DNA of 64,000 nucleotides from contig OX597822.1 in the NCBI GenBank assembly GCA_951406725.2, positions 93,434,001-93,498,000 on the forward strand. The letters run 5' to 3'. The position numbers and the translations under genes were made by a program. Shown piece by piece: positions 1 through 14,141 of the stretch (position 1 is the stretch's first letter; every line of letters begins with the position of its first letter). The notes under the pieces were generated by a model, which made no database searches, was not told the origin of the DNA, and worked only from the letters and a program-made list of their open reading frames with translations. The stretch is from Octopus vulgaris (taxonomy: Eukaryota).

Positions 1-398
1 AAGTGAAGAAAGGCTGTGCACTGAGTCAATCCCACTCACTAAGCAACAGCAGCCATAATCCGAAAAGAAGAACAAGTCAACATCATCGGTAACCACTGAG
101 CCGCAGGTTTTATGTCGGAGTTATCCCAGTTACCTGAGTTGCCTTCTTCTAGAAGGATGCCCTAACAAAGGCTAGGAGTCCTTCACTCCCAATGGTTTAA
201 CCGCGCGATCGGGTATTCAGTCCGATTATTTCTATGTCCCCGCGCATGATACACCCTTAAAACATTTATTAGATGGCCGTTGACTCTCAAGAGTTCCTCC
301 GCCCTTTGACGGGTTTTGTTTTTCATCCCGCAGGGTGTCCAATAAACAATAAACAACCTCATCATCAAGCAAGCTTGGTCGGGTCGTCGGCGACTAAA
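1..398. mobile_element. Non-LTR retrotransposon terminal/leader fragment abutting (CATA)n
   Basis: GC-richer unique sequence ending abruptly in (CATA)n. The minus strand carries GGGCATCCTTCTAGAAGAAGGCAACTC...AAAACC, resembling 5' leader motifs of RTE/R4-type LINEs. Orientation and clade uncertain. Confidence 0.45.
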
Positions 399-553
399 CA
401 TACATACATACATACATACATACATACATACATACATACATACATACATACATACATACATACATACATACATACATACGTACGTTAGGGCATCCTTCTA
501 GGAGAAGGTAACTCAGGTAACTGGGATAACTCCGATATAAAACCTGCGGCTCA
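97..553. repeat. 70-bp inverted repeat (97-166 / 484-553) enclosing (CATA)n
   Basis: tgagccgcaggttttat...ggatgccctaac is the reverse complement of gttagggcatcc...aacctgcggctca, with about 3 mismatches. Confidence 0.9.
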
Positions 554-1261
554 TATATACATACATACGTACATACATACATACATACGTACATACATAC
601 ATACGTACGTACGTACGTACGTACGTACATACATACATAGATAGATACATACATACATACATAGATACATACATACATGCATACATAAAAGGAATTTGCA
701 AATCCAGTGCTCAAGATACATTTTTAGCTTCATACGTATTAATATTATTGGGGCAACAGGATACATACCCACCCGACTGGAACAAAGTATGGCTGAACTT
801 GGGATTTTGGGGAGAGAATGCAAATTCTTAATTCATATTTTACAAATGATCACGATATCGGGAACTATAAACATCAGCAAGACCTTCTTAAGTTTTAAAG
901 GATCATGGTTAAAAGAAGATACTTCCCTCCACAACCTTGGTACCAAGTAGGTGGCTGGTCGAAGTTTACTCTAGAGCTAAAGAGATAGAGAAGAACATAC
1001 ATACACACATACACATACATACATACATACATACATACATACATACATACATGCATACATACATACATACACATACACATACATACATACATACATACAT
1101 ACATACACATACACATACATACATACATACATACATACATACATACATACATACACACATACATACATACATACACATACATACACACATACATACATAC
1201 ATATATATACATGCATGCATACATACACATACATACATACACACATACACATACATACATG

Positions 1262-1293
<32 letters not shown>

Positions 1294-1520
1294 CATACAT
1301 ACATACACACATACACATACATACATACATACAAACATACATACACATATATACATGCATGCATACATACATGCGTGCATGTAATGGTAGACCCTCATAG
1401 TCCGAGAAAGACGGTTCTGCAATTTCCGGCTGAACATCCTGCACAAATGATTTACAAACATACATACATACAGACAGACAGACAGACAGACATACACACA
1501 CGTGCGTGCGCGCACACACA
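399..1520. repeat. Compound (CATA)n/(CA)n microsatellite field with embedded retroelement pieces
   Basis: Directly visible tandem repeats. Confidence 0.95.
689..996 (+). mobile_element. 3' end of R4/Dong-like RLE LINE (C-terminus + 3' UTR)
   Basis: ORF 696-950 (FIRINIIGATGYIPTRLEQSMAELG...LQMITISGTINISKTF) matches the C-terminus of the RLE-type LINE at 49970-50690 (VIIGALGYV...LEKLG). Flanked by (CATA)n on both sides. Confidence 0.7.
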
Positions 1521-1587
1521 CAGGAACACCTCCACCGCCGTCGCAGCCACCCCACCATAACTACTACTACTACTTCTACTACTACTT

Positions 1588-1619
<32 letters not shown>

Positions 1620-1910
1620 GCTGCTGCTGCTACTGCTGCTTGCTACCGCCGCCGCCACTACCACCACAGAGTAATAAAATTTGCTTCAGATTAAAACATT
1701 TCTTCATTAGAATCCGATTAAAATTCCACTGAGATGAAAAATTCCACTTGTATTTATTGTGGAGGAGGGAGGCCAGGGTAACAACGTCTGGCAGGAACGG
1801 AACTTTGAATTACAGGCCAGCTGGAGCAGTAATAAAATATTGCTTCAATCAAACTAAAAACTTCATGTTGTACTGCAAACATGATTGTTGTTGTTGTTGT
1901 TGTTGTTGTT

Positions 1911-2065
1911 AGTGAAGGCGCGTCGCTTAGTGGTTAGGGTATCAGCTAACGATTGCAAAGTCGTAAGTTCAATTCCGGACAACGCGTTGTGTCATTGAGA
2001 AAGACATTTTATTTTTCACGTTGCTCCAGTCCACTCAGCAGGTAAAAATCGAGTAGTACCCATAT
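1911..2065 (+). mobile_element. Old tRNA-derived SINE
   Basis: A-box-like gcttagtgg and B-box-like agttcaattcc, then ttcacgttgctccagtccactcagc. Reverse copies near 3870-4017 and 16900-17040. Confidence 0.6.
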
Positions 2066-2149
2066 TGCTATTTATCATGCATAGGGAATTCGGATAATAA
2101 GGGTTGCATGGACCACGAACCATATGCGATTTGAAGATGTCGAAAAATT

Positions 2150-2998
2150 CGTTTGCCTGCATCCGGATTTCGAATCTCCGCACTTATAACAGAGTCAATT
2201 TGGCTTAAGTGTAACTTTTCCTTCAACCTAATCAAATTGAGCGCATGTGACAGGCCATGTTTCTGTCATTCAACGCTATACATTCGACAGGTAACTTCTC
2301 CAAATATCTTATTGTTCGTAAGTAGGTCCATAAGTTTCAATAACATAATGCGGAAAACCCTCGCGATTAAGTCGTGTCGGTGATGGGGCTTTTGACCTTG
2401 CAGAATATTTTCAGTAACTTCAGTCCATTTAGAATTGCTTGTGAATGTAACGAAATGGTCTGGAGAGCCAAAGTTTCTAATATACGTCATAGCATTTTGG
2501 GCTTTTTCTAGCATGTATCTTGGTCCTCTGGCTGACATTTCGAATGTCATCGTCATTCGCAATAGCATCCGGCAAGTGGACGTAGGATTCAGCAGGTAGA
2601 ATTCCTTGTTTTCTTTTATATAAAGAAGGCGCTCACCCTTCACTTTAGCGTACATGTCTACCATGAACTGCTGGAAAAGGTCACGGCATTTGAGTAAGTG
2701 GCTCACCGGTTCACAAACCATGATAATGAAGGCGTAGAAGTCGTTGCTACTCATAGACTGTTTGATAGTTATGTCCGGTTAGTAGATAAAGTCGTGGTAT
2801 GTCGAAGTGATAGCCGTCTTGCTCTTCCCAGAATATGATTGGGTAGTGTAGAGCATTATATGAATGATGAGTCTCAGATACCCTTCGTAATAACAATATC
2901 CCTGTGGTTACACTGATCGCCAACTAAGACACAGGCAACCTCTTCAGTGATGGGGCCGTTGTATCGACCTGAGTGCTGTCCAACGGGTCTCTTGTCAG
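2150..2998 (-). mobile_element. Helitron RepHel fragment, Rep region (decayed)
   Basis: LFQQFMVDMYAKV..ERLLYI, GPRYM...QNAMTYIRNFGSPDHFVTFTSNSKWTEV and RHDLIARVF are Helitron Rep-region motifs. Frameshifted. Confidence 0.9.
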
Positions 2999-3000
2999 CT

Positions 3001-3128
3001 CAAAAGAGACCGATAGAATAAGTACTAGGCTTACAAAGAATAAGTCCTGGGGTCGATTTGCTCGACTAAAGGCGGTGCTCCAACATGGCCACAGTCAAAT
3101 GCCTGAAACAAGTAAAAGAGTAAAAGAG
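3001..3128 (+). mobile_element. 3' part of CORE-like SINE (family A)
   Basis: caaaagagaccgatagaataagtactagg...aaacaagtaaaagagtaaaagag, the same tail as 55400-55540. Confidence 0.85.
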
Positions 3129-3547
3129 GTTTTAAAAATTAAGTACTAGAGTCGATTCATACAGCTAAAATTTTTCAAAGCGATGCCCCAGCATGACCGC
3201 AGTCTAAACATGCAAAAGGTAAACGATACAGAACAGTGTAGTTCTGTTTTCAATGTAGTTTAGTTGTAATTCTGTACTGTGGTGTAATGCAGTGTACACT
3301 ATCAGTAATATTTCAGGGTTCCATGATATAAAGAGGAGATTACCGATCCCTGTTCAAAAATATCGTTATTTTTTACCTTTTAAAAAAAAATATACAGTGG
3401 AATCTTGAATGTTTCATAAATATTTATTTCTTTAACATTTAATGTGACCCGAAAACTGAATTACACATTTTGATATGCACTATTTTGCTGTGTTATACCG
3501 TCTTGTGATTTAGTTGTAATTCAATATAATGCAATTCGTCGTCAGCT

Positions 3548-3757
3548 TCTTCTTCTTCTTCTTCTTCTTCTTCTTCTTCTTCTTCTTCTTCTTCTTCTTC
3601 TTCTTCTTCTTCTTCTTCTTCTTCTTCTTCTTCTTCTTCTTCTTCTTCTTCTTCTTCTTCTTCTTCTTCTTCTTCTTCTTCTTCTTCTTCTTCTTCTTCT
3701 TCTTCTTCTTCTTCTTCTTCTTCTTCTTCTTCTGGATCTGGATCTGGATCTGGATTC
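3548..3757. repeat. (TTC)n microsatellite followed by (TCTGGA)n
   Basis: Directly visible. Confidence 0.95.
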
Positions 3758-6243
3758 ACAGTACGGATTGAATTATTCATCCTTTGAATCGCTGAATACA
3801 AAACGTGGCTCGTGAGACCGCTATTTGGTTGATTTACCTAGGTCACCATCTCACCCATGTACGTCAATCCGTTACCCCATTTACGGCCGAGTGGACTGGA
3901 GCAACGAGAAATTAAGTGTTTTGTCCAAGAGCACAACTCATAGACGGTCCAGAAATTGAAACCACAATCTGTCGATCGTGAGTGCAATACCCTAACCGGT
4001 ACGCTACGCGTCTTCACAATGTATAGATATATTTAATTGTAGCTCAGCGTTATGTTACATAGCCAAATGCAGTGTTTACTTATAAGTCACTAAAATCCTT
4101 TCTAATATAGGCACAAGGCCTAAAATTTTGATGGGGAGGCGAAGGAGTAGTCGATTACATCGTCCCTCAGAATTTGACTACTGCTTATTTTATCGCCCCT
4201 GAAAGGATGAAGGGCAGATTTGGTCACAACGGAAATGTAATATAAGGTAGTGTTGTATGTTGTAATGTTAAGTCAGTGTGGTTATGCTTTAAGTGTGGCT
4301 GAAATGCTCAATTTATTTCTAGTTTCTGTATACAGACATAAGCATATATAGCTTTTCCACGTTATTTTTGTTATTCCCTCAGTCCCCTTCTTCCCGAAGA
4401 ACATTAGATAGTCCTTCCTTTAACATTTCCTCGCTAGTTTACTAAGTTTTAATGGTTATTTAAAATGGTTGGAATTCATGGAATCGGCAGTTCAAATCTC
4501 TCAAGTGTTTGATTATGATTTAGAGCAGGGATCGGCACAGTGATCACTATTGTCCCCACCCAACATGTGCAGTGCGTACGGAGGCCACATTTAGGATTTT
4601 GATAACAACTGATAAGATCCATTTTAATGTTGTCGTTGTGTTTTGGTTGCAACAAAAGTAGCACAAAAATAACAGAGAAGGTTTGGATATTTCACAAAGT
4701 TCGCTGCTTAAATAGAAATGATCTGAGTAAATATTCTGCAAAATACATAATATTTTAGATAAAATATAAACAAAGCAAAAAAAAAAAAAAAATTCCCAAT
4801 TCACTGATTATCTTAGAAACTATACGTGCTGCTGAAAAACCTCCGACAGTTTTGAAATCAGCATTGAGAATACTCCCCAAAGTAGAGTCATACTCATGTA
4901 ATATTCTACAGTTTGGTTGACTGGTTTGCTAAGTGGTCGATATTTTGGTTCTCTTGGCCCCATTTAGCAGTGTTCTATAACCAACAACCTTGTGATTTCA
5001 GGCAAGATAAAACTTAGGCGGTCTCGCAACTCACTGTACAGGCAGAAGACAGAACTTAAGCTTAGCAAACCACTTGATAATTCCCCTGTGTTTCAGTTGT
5101 TTATATATTTAAATTATTTACTCTTTTAGTATGAATGCTTTTAGCTAGAAACAAAATGTAAAGACACTCACCAGCTTAGAAAATTTAAAGAGAACTTACA
5201 TAACATTAAATTTTACTTCATTTAAATAAGAGTAACTTTTTGACGATGTAAAACTCTAAATTCCACCATATTACCAAAAACTGGGACTTTGCATTAAATT
5301 GTACGACATTCTTAAAAAATAGGGTCTATTAATTTTTCTCTGAGCCTGCCTTTAACTGTAGTTTGTATCGAGTCGTCGGAGGTCTAAACATAGTTTATTT
5401 TACGACACAATATGAAGAAATATGAAACGAGAGTTATCAGCTGCCTTCGCCAAACTTTCTACAATTATGCAAATGGAAACTAAACATAATAAAATTAATA
5501 TTCTGTAACAAAAATAAAAGAAAGAAAGCAACTGTAGTAATTGCTGTAGAGCAAACGGTAAACTGTAAGCAGAGAAAATTTCTCAACAATTACGAAATTT
5601 AAGCATCGAGCATTGATTTACTTTCTGCCAAAAAATCTGTTCTTCATCTCCCTAATGGTTAAAGAAAATCTCTTACAGGTCTCCGTGGGACGGCCAATCA
5701 CTCAAACCGTCATATAGCTGTAAACTGTTGTATTAAATAATGATCTGTAGGTGTACTTCGTAGGTATGGCGGTAGCCTTCTCAAAATACTTTGGTTGGTA
5801 ACTAAAAACTTAGAGAAATGATATTAGATTATTTCTATGTGGTTCTTTTTTTTTTGTTTTAGGTCTGGACATTTGGCGCAGACGATATAGTCCAGAATTA
5901 GACGAGCATATTGAAGTATCAGGATTCTGTTAAACGCGGAATTTCGCACAAAGGTTTCAAATCAGGCTTATGCTTAGAAGCATAAAGAATTTTTTTTTTA
6001 TGATGAATTGTTGTGTTCTACGATCAATGTCGTTCCACCTGTGACTATCCCGTCTTTTGTGCAAACAAAATTGTAAGGATTGTCCACTAGCAGGTCGAGA
6101 GACTATCCCGAAAATGGATGGACACATTTAATGGCGAATTTTGAACTCAGAACGCAGTGAGCTTTGATAAATGTCGCAAGCCATTCCACCCGATGTGCTA
6201 ACAAACTCTCCCACTTTCTGTTTTACACTCTATTAATTTATAA

Positions 6244-6412
6244 TCTCTGTTTGATAATAGCCGTCATAAAGGTTGGTTGGTTGGTTGGTTGGTCTCTCCA
6301 TTTACATCGCCTAGAGAGAGAGGAAGAGAGAGTAAGAAAGAGTTGACGTAAGTGGTGCAGGATTAGTCGTGGCAGGTACTGGGCAAAGAAACACTTTCAA
6401 ACATACATACAT

Positions 6413-6477
<65 letters not shown>

Positions 6478-6810
6478 TACATACATATATACATGTATAT
6501 TAAAATTTTACTAGTTTCATCTTGTCTCTTTGTTTTCTGTCCGTGATGATATATGGACAATTAAGGTGGGTTTTAGAGTCAGATCATGGCTGCTATTTTC
6601 AGCATGGTGGTATCACGTAGATACCCTAATTTATAATTTTAATAATTATTACCTTTGAAGGTTATTTTTTCCATGCTGACCACTTGATAAATTCGTAATT
6701 TTATTTTTAAATTAATGATCTTATCCTTATTTATACATACATACACACATACATACAGACATACAGACATACACACACACACATACACACATACACACAT
6801 GCACACGCAT

Positions 6811-6846
<36 letters not shown>

Positions 6847-7174
6847 GAGGGAGGGAGAGAGAGCGGCGTAACGTCAATTTTGCTTTCCGCTACTAATTTC
6901 GATTCTTAAACATTCTAAAAACTACATACTTCTTTGATAAAATTTTGTACGGATAACTTTGTGATTATGTTGATGAAATTTCGAACAATAATAACATATA
7001 TTTATGCCAAATATACAAATAAGAAATTTGCTTTATTTAGTTTTATTTTAAGGTAATAAATACTTTCCTTTTGAGAATTGGTATTCCTTTCATCATTTTG
7101 TACAAGCACAAAAAGTTTCATGAAAATTGAATACTTCCAAAGTTACCCCCACCATACGTTGGGTAACATACTAG
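6244..7174 (+). mobile_element. Non-autonomous Helitron
   Basis: Starts A|TC(tctgtttgataatagcc). Ends with imperfect hairpin cccaccatacgttggg, a short spacer and CTAG|T. Confidence 0.55.
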
Positions 7175-7268
7175 TAATATGATTGAAGAGATGCTGGGAC
7201 CCAGTAGTGGTCAGCTTATAATCTAGTATATATATATACACAGTTACATACATACGTACATGCCTACA

Positions 7269-7347
<79 letters not shown>

Positions 7348-7393
7348 GTATCTGTGTGTGTGTGTGTGCGTAAGTGCGTGTGTATGTGTGTGC

Positions 7394-7425
<32 letters not shown>

Positions 7426-7818
7426 GTGTACACATAACATATATACATATATAAAGAACAGAAATGGGTAGAGGTCAGTACAACGGTTCCAGACGCGTTT
7501 TTTTATTGATGAACAAACCAATTATATCGTTACGCCATACTTGGAACCTTCTCTACGTTGGATCTGGAACTTAAAGTGGACCATGAAACTGCATTTCGGA
7601 GTTCCTCTGTATATGACTTTATACATGTGTGTATATTTAGAGCGATGGGTTTTTTCATCTGTTCATGTGGAAGAGTATGAAAGTAGTGAGACAAGTCCAC
7701 GTATGCATTAACATCTACGAGTGTCCATATATTCTGTTAAAACTCAGATGTGCTCTTCTCAACCCTAATTTGGTATCCTTACTTTGATTCAACTGAATCC
7801 TGCAAATCATTGATAATA

Positions 7819-8240
7819 CAGGGTGTCCATAAAGTCCCTTTACAATTTTAAAATCTTATTACAAAGGCAGTTGACAAGATATTTTAACCAGATTTGTTTT
7901 ATTGTAATCAGTGTTTATTAAAGTTTTTTTCAACTGTTATTTAATAAACCTCAATATGGGCACCCCAGATTCTTATATAGTGTCTGTTTAATTTCCTTGA
8001 AACATGATAAGTCGCCTCGTCACTAAAACACACTCGCTTGAGGAATGCTTCATCCTCAGTTTATAGGGGTTCAGTGAATCAGTTCCCTTCAATCAACAGA
8101 GTATCTGAAACACAAAATTTTAATATCAATAAAAACTTTAATAAACAATTATTAAAATAAAATAAATCTGGTTAAAATATCTCATCAACCGCCTTTGTAA
8201 TAATTTTTTTAAATTGTAAAGAGACTTTATGGACACCGTG
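7819..8240. mobile_element. Tc1/mariner MITE
   Basis: About 110-bp TIRs (cagggtgtccataaagtccctttacaattt... / ...aaattgtaaagagactttatggacaccgtg) flanked by TA on both sides. Confidence 0.9.
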
Positions 8241-8518
8241 TATATACAGTATATATTTGTATATCAATTAACAATAGTTAACAACAGAAAATGAAACACA
8301 GTAAGACAGTCTTTCCGTTTTCATATCTTGACGAAATACTGTTGGCACAAAGTCCGAAATATTCGGGGAGGCAGGGTTAGTCTATTACATTGACCCCGAG
8401 GGTCAATAGGTGCTTATTTTTATCGACCCCGAAAGAATAAATTCGTCAGAATAGAGTATATAATTAGGAGTGGTATAAGGTTATCGGAGTAGTGTATACA
8501 GTCGGGGAAGAGGGCATG

Positions 8519-8712
8519 TATATAATTCAACAGAACAGTATCTATAATTGGTGAGGTATATAATTCACCAGAACAGTGTGTATAATTGGTGAGGTATATA
8601 ATTCACCAGAACAGTATGTATAATTGGCGGGGTATATAATTCACCAGAACAGTGTGTATAATTGGCGAGGTATATAATTCACCAGAATAGGGTGTATAAT
8701 AGGAAGGAAATA
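8519..8712. repeat. 38-bp minisatellite, about 5 copies
   Basis: Unit tataattcaccagaacagtgtgtataattggtgaggta. Confidence 0.9.
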
Positions 8713-9184
8713 TATAATTGACTAAAGTAGTGTATATCATTTGGGAGAGGGTGTATATAATGCAGTAAGATAGTGTATATATTTAGTTAAAAGAAAAAAT
8801 ACGTCAACAGAATTAAAGATCATTCAAATTAGAAACATTTGCTTAAGTGTGTTATTGACACACACGCACAACATACACGTAGACACGCATTTATAAATGT
8901 TGCATTCTACTAATATACGCACCATGTTTCTCTTTCCCCCCTCTCACTCCCTCAAATGCCCTCTATCATTCTGCCCCCCCCCCCCACCACTCTTTCTGTA
9001 ATTAGCTAAGTAATTGAATATATTCATTTATATGTAGGAATTCGTCTATAAACATCCACGCATACTTATGCATACACGCATACACACATATTTATATATA
9101 TAATATATTCATATATAATATATATAATGTATGTGTGCGTATGTGTGTGCACATTCTCAAACATGCATGTATGTGTGTATGTAT

Positions 9185-9326
9185 GAGTGAAGGTGTGTAT
9201 AGATGCATAGACACACACATTCTCACACACATACAAACATATACACACAGACACATATATATTATTCTATTTATATTTATTTTAATATTCATATTTTGTG
9301 TGCTTATATATATATATGTATGTATG

Positions 9327-9373
<47 letters not shown>

Positions 9374-9505
9374 GTGTATGTATGCGTGAAGGTGTGTATA
9401 CATGCATAGACACACATACATACATACATACATATACACACAGACACTTCTATATTACTTTATTTATATTTATTTTAATATTAAAATTCATATTTTGTAT
9501 GTGTG
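9185..9505. repeat. Local tandem duplication of about 110 bp (9188-9300 / 9386-9500)
   Basis: gtgaaggtgtgtata...catagacacaca...tttatatttattttaatatt occurs twice, separated by (TA)n. Confidence 0.7.
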
Positions 9506-9520
9506 TGTATATATATGTGT

Positions 9521-9721
<201 letters not shown>

Positions 9722-10412
9722 TGTATGTATATTAGATTATAACATTTTAACATTTCTTTCAGTCGTATTGAGCACTATACTTATTACATAACGATATACT
9801 GAAAATATATTGTGATATACATACATGTGTACACACACGCACATATATATATATGTGTGTGTGTGTGCATGTAAGTGTGCGCGCATGTGTGTGTACGTGT
9901 GTGTGAGTCAGAATATTCATAAAAGCATAATTTTGTCTACAAGTATCATTTCCAACACTTATAAATAATGTCTATAAATTTAAGTATTATTTCGCGCGTG
10001 TGTATGTGTTCGTGAGTATGTGTAAGTTTATGTTTGTGTGTGTGTATTTGTGTTTATGTGTGTGTATGTGTGCCTGCGTGCATGCGCGCACATGTGTCCG
10101 TGCATACAAAATGGTGTGCTAACACTATTGTGACGAATTTTACCATACGGTGGTGCATGTAGATAGTTTATTAACCAGCCAGATATCACACCATCCACCA
10201 ATTTGGAGACATTAATACAGTTATGACATATTACATATATCATATTTGACATGTAAAGCATGTGTTGCATATATACATATATATATTATATCTATTGTAG
10301 ATATGAATGTATTACATATATGTACACTTATGTGCGCGTATATATATATATAATGGCATGTTACGTATGCGTACATACATACGTGCATGTATGTGTATGC
10401 GTTTATATATGT

Positions 10413-10514
<102 letters not shown>

Positions 10515-11778
10515 ATAGATATACATACATATGTATATGTATAGATAGATAGGTAGATAGATAGATATATGTATATAATGTACATAGGTATGTACGTATA
10601 GACACACATACACCCAGACAAACAAATACATACATATTTTATCAGACAAGTAGAGGGAAGACCCATATTTACTTATTTCGGCATCTCTAGAGTATTTTTA
10701 GTACAAACCCCTAAGGATGTTTTTCGCTGCTGTCTTACAATTCATCTCTAATTGAAGAGACGTTCGGATCTCATAGTAGTTAAGGTATTAAGATCTCGTC
10801 GTTTGGGAATACACAATTGACGTCATTTCTAGACAAACAACATTGACACGAGCAAAATATTCCTAGATTTAGAGACAGCATAAAAATAGGATTTTTTTTT
10901 CATTAAGCTTCTCTTTTATTTCTATCATTCACACTTGGCTATTTGTGTGTTCTGAAACTTCTTAATACTTGATTTCTAAATACTAGTCATTTTAGACTTT
11001 AATAATTGATTTATTTTAGTAAAATTTTCACAATTTCAACCTATTCATAAGCAGTTTTCTTCATTATAATATAAATAGGCCAGGAAAATGAGAAGTTTCG
11101 ACAACTCTCAGTTGGTATAAAGGAAGAAAGTACAGTAGGCAGAAATATTCAGATTGAAGGTACACCACTGGTTTTACCGTAGCCTTATTTGCAAAACCTC
11201 GATAGATTGATTAACCATTTCGCCGGACCATCCGAAAATACGTATTAATAATTCAACACACCTCAAATCTATTACTTATACACCGACAATGCCATAGGTA
11301 TCACGCAACTTACCCACTTAAACACGACTGTTCGTTGTTTACAATGGTTCTACTTTCTCTTAGATCAATGTGTATTGGTGTTCGATATTATCACTGACGC
11401 TCTCATGTTTCTTACCTTTCATAGCGTTAGCTAAGGATAACTTTAAGCTAAATAAACCAAGAATTTCTCAAAATTTTGGTTTTTCCACTAACTAGCTGTG
11501 TAAGTAATGCATATAAACACACGATACACACAATGCCACGTGTAGTTGTGCAGGGAACAAACTTGGCACTCACGGGAATTTCAATTTCTTCTTCATAATC
11601 TATCTAGTACTTAAAGTACTTGTGCATCACATACTTTAACACCAATGGCACACATAAATGCATTTACTATACTTTGCAGCATGGAAAACAAACTTTTGTT
11701 TTAAACATACTTTGGAAATTACCATGCGTCTTCCACAATGCTAATCGAGAAGTTGTTGCTGTGGTTTTCTTAGGGTTA

Positions 11779-11900
11779 ATTGAAACCCGCCTCTTACAAA
11801 GAGTTATCCGCTGTCATACATATAAAATTCAAAAGACAAAGGTCTTTTGAATTTTATATTTATGACAGCGGATAACTCTTTGTAAGAGGCGGGTTTCAAT
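11779..11900. repeat. Near-perfect 59-bp-arm palindrome, 4-nt loop
   Basis: Arms 11779-11837 and 11842-11900, one mismatch, loop AAAG. Confidence 0.95.
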
Positions 11901-12183
11901 GTAACACAACAGCCCATTAGATACATTAAAAAGAAATGTAATATTGAAGATTTCCACTTCTTTTACCGATTCTTTTTTAAAAAATGATTATACAACGACC
12001 GATCAGCGAATAGTATCAGTTAAAGCCATTACACACAGTCTAGCAGAGCTTGTGGTAGGTTGTACCCAGGGTGTGGTCGGCAACCGGCATAGTTGGGCAC
12101 CAGTAGTTGATAGGTAGACAGCAGTGGCGGGTATGATACGATCACCATGGTGTATCGCTTGAATAATCGCAGAGCAGTTAAAG

Positions 12184-12426
12184 CACTGGTTCTCAACCAA
12201 TTTTTACCTAAGGACTCCTTTAATTTTCGTCAGGTGGACCCTCACGGCCATTCGAAGTTTAAAAACTATTATATTTTTATAATGAAATTTTATTGGGAAC
12301 TGTATTAAAAAAAAATTGTTAAAATATTGTGTATTGTAGAAGTATAACCATTTTATTATGCATAAATTTTAACAAAATCTTATGTGAGCTCCCAAGGGCC
12401 ATATGGGTCTCAGTTGAGAGCCACTG
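12184..12426. mobile_element. hAT (Charlie-like) MITE
   Basis: TIR cactggttctcaac / gttgagagccactg with perfect 8-bp TSD AGTTAAAG (12176-12183, 12427-12434). Confidence 0.9.
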
Positions 12427-13637
12427 AGTTAAAGCGAAGAACACACCGTTGTGTACTACAACAACACCAGGCAACAGGTCATGGTCATTGTCTGGTGGTT
12501 TCGTTCAACGACAGACGTGATCTCTCCACTCCGCTGGTTTGCACACCAATTTTGTCTGCATGTCTCTGCCAGGCACTGCCCGATCATGTGGATGGGGCTT
12601 CGATTAGTAAAAATTAATTTTCTCTAACAATTAGGGTGGATAGTTTTTGGTAAGTTGAATCATATCATGATCAGCAAATTTCCTTGTGTGTCCGTGGTTG
12701 ATAGAGAGAACATACTAAAGCATTCGTCCAGCAGTGGATTGAACAACATGTGCAAAGCAAGAATGACGATGAAGCTGTTGTTTGTTTGTTTGTTTGCCTT
12801 ACAAAGGATCCGAATCGATTTTTTTCTGCCCCTGCCTCGTGTCTCAAATTCCTGTCTTTCTCATTCTCTTTCTAAGTCTGCAACTCTTTTTCCATTTTCA
12901 TGCGCAGGCGCGCAAGCAGCAAGTGCACAGGCAAACACACACACACACGCACACACACACACATAAACACACACACACTCACACACTCACACACTCACAC
13001 ATTCACACACTCACACATTCACACACTCACACACTCACACACACACACACATAAACACACACACACACTCACACACACACACATTCACACACTCACACAC
13101 ACACACACACTCACACACACACATACAAACACACCCCTGCTTTTACACACATATGGATATGCGTGGTTTGTACCCTAAAACAAAACTTACAAACCAGCGC
13201 CGACCGTTTTTAACTTTATAATTCACCTTTGCTTTTTTAAATCTCTATGATTTCTTTCTTTCTTCGTTAAGTTCCTTATTCTTTTATTTTTTTCAATTCC
13301 TTATCTAACTCTTATGTCCAGAGATATTCTCGTTGATCCATCTCGACTCATTATATCCAGTTCGTTGTAAGCAGTGAATATTTCTCCCTTTTCATAGAAA
13401 TATTTTTTCGTGGATGAGAAAGTCATATGAATGTGTCACCAATTCCTGGCATTGTCTTTTATAAGTCTCACTTTGCGTAATACAAGTTGGATTAGATCTG
13501 TCAATCTCACCGAAATCCATATGATTATATCACGCGCGCGCACGCACACATCTAAATAACTAAACAGCTCATATACACATATATGTGTGTGTGTGTATAC
13601 ATATATATGTCTGTGCATGTATATGTATATGTATATG

Positions 13638-13683
<46 letters not shown>

Positions 13684-14106
13684 TTGCTAATACCGCTGGC
13701 GGTGCCCCAGCATGACCGCAGCCTCAAGGCTGAAGCATAGAAAAGAATAAAAGAATAAAAGAATAAAAGTATCAACTTATATATGTGAGATATGTGTGTA
13801 TACATATATGTATATATGTACATACATATGCATAAACGCATATATGCATATACACACACTAACTTACCAACTCACTCTACACACACACATTTTTTATACC
13901 CAGTTCTCAACATAGCATAGTGCCACTAATACACACACGTATACAGTCTTACAACACACTATCTCAGAAAGATACTTGTCTGCGTATTGCAGACATGCGC
14001 AAATGTACAAACAGACGTAGAAAGAAAAACACATGACACAGAGAGGATCACGCACATATGTAAATCTAATCTCCATTCTTTACTCAGATAAGTACGCGCA
14101 CACATG

Positions 14107-14141
<35 letters not shown>

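Noticed and set aside
170-398. HDV-like ribozyme in the retroelement leader
   Set aside because: Could not assemble the P1/P1.1/P2/P3/P4 double pseudoknot by eye on either strand.
4240-5356. Possible TTAA-flanked DNA transposon
   Set aside because: Only one plausible terminus (ctgcctttaa); no matching TIR or recognisable ORF was found.
11225-11250. ggaccatcc-gaaa-atacgtat-ta hammerhead-like 3' half
   Set aside because: No CUGANGA or compensated core upstream.
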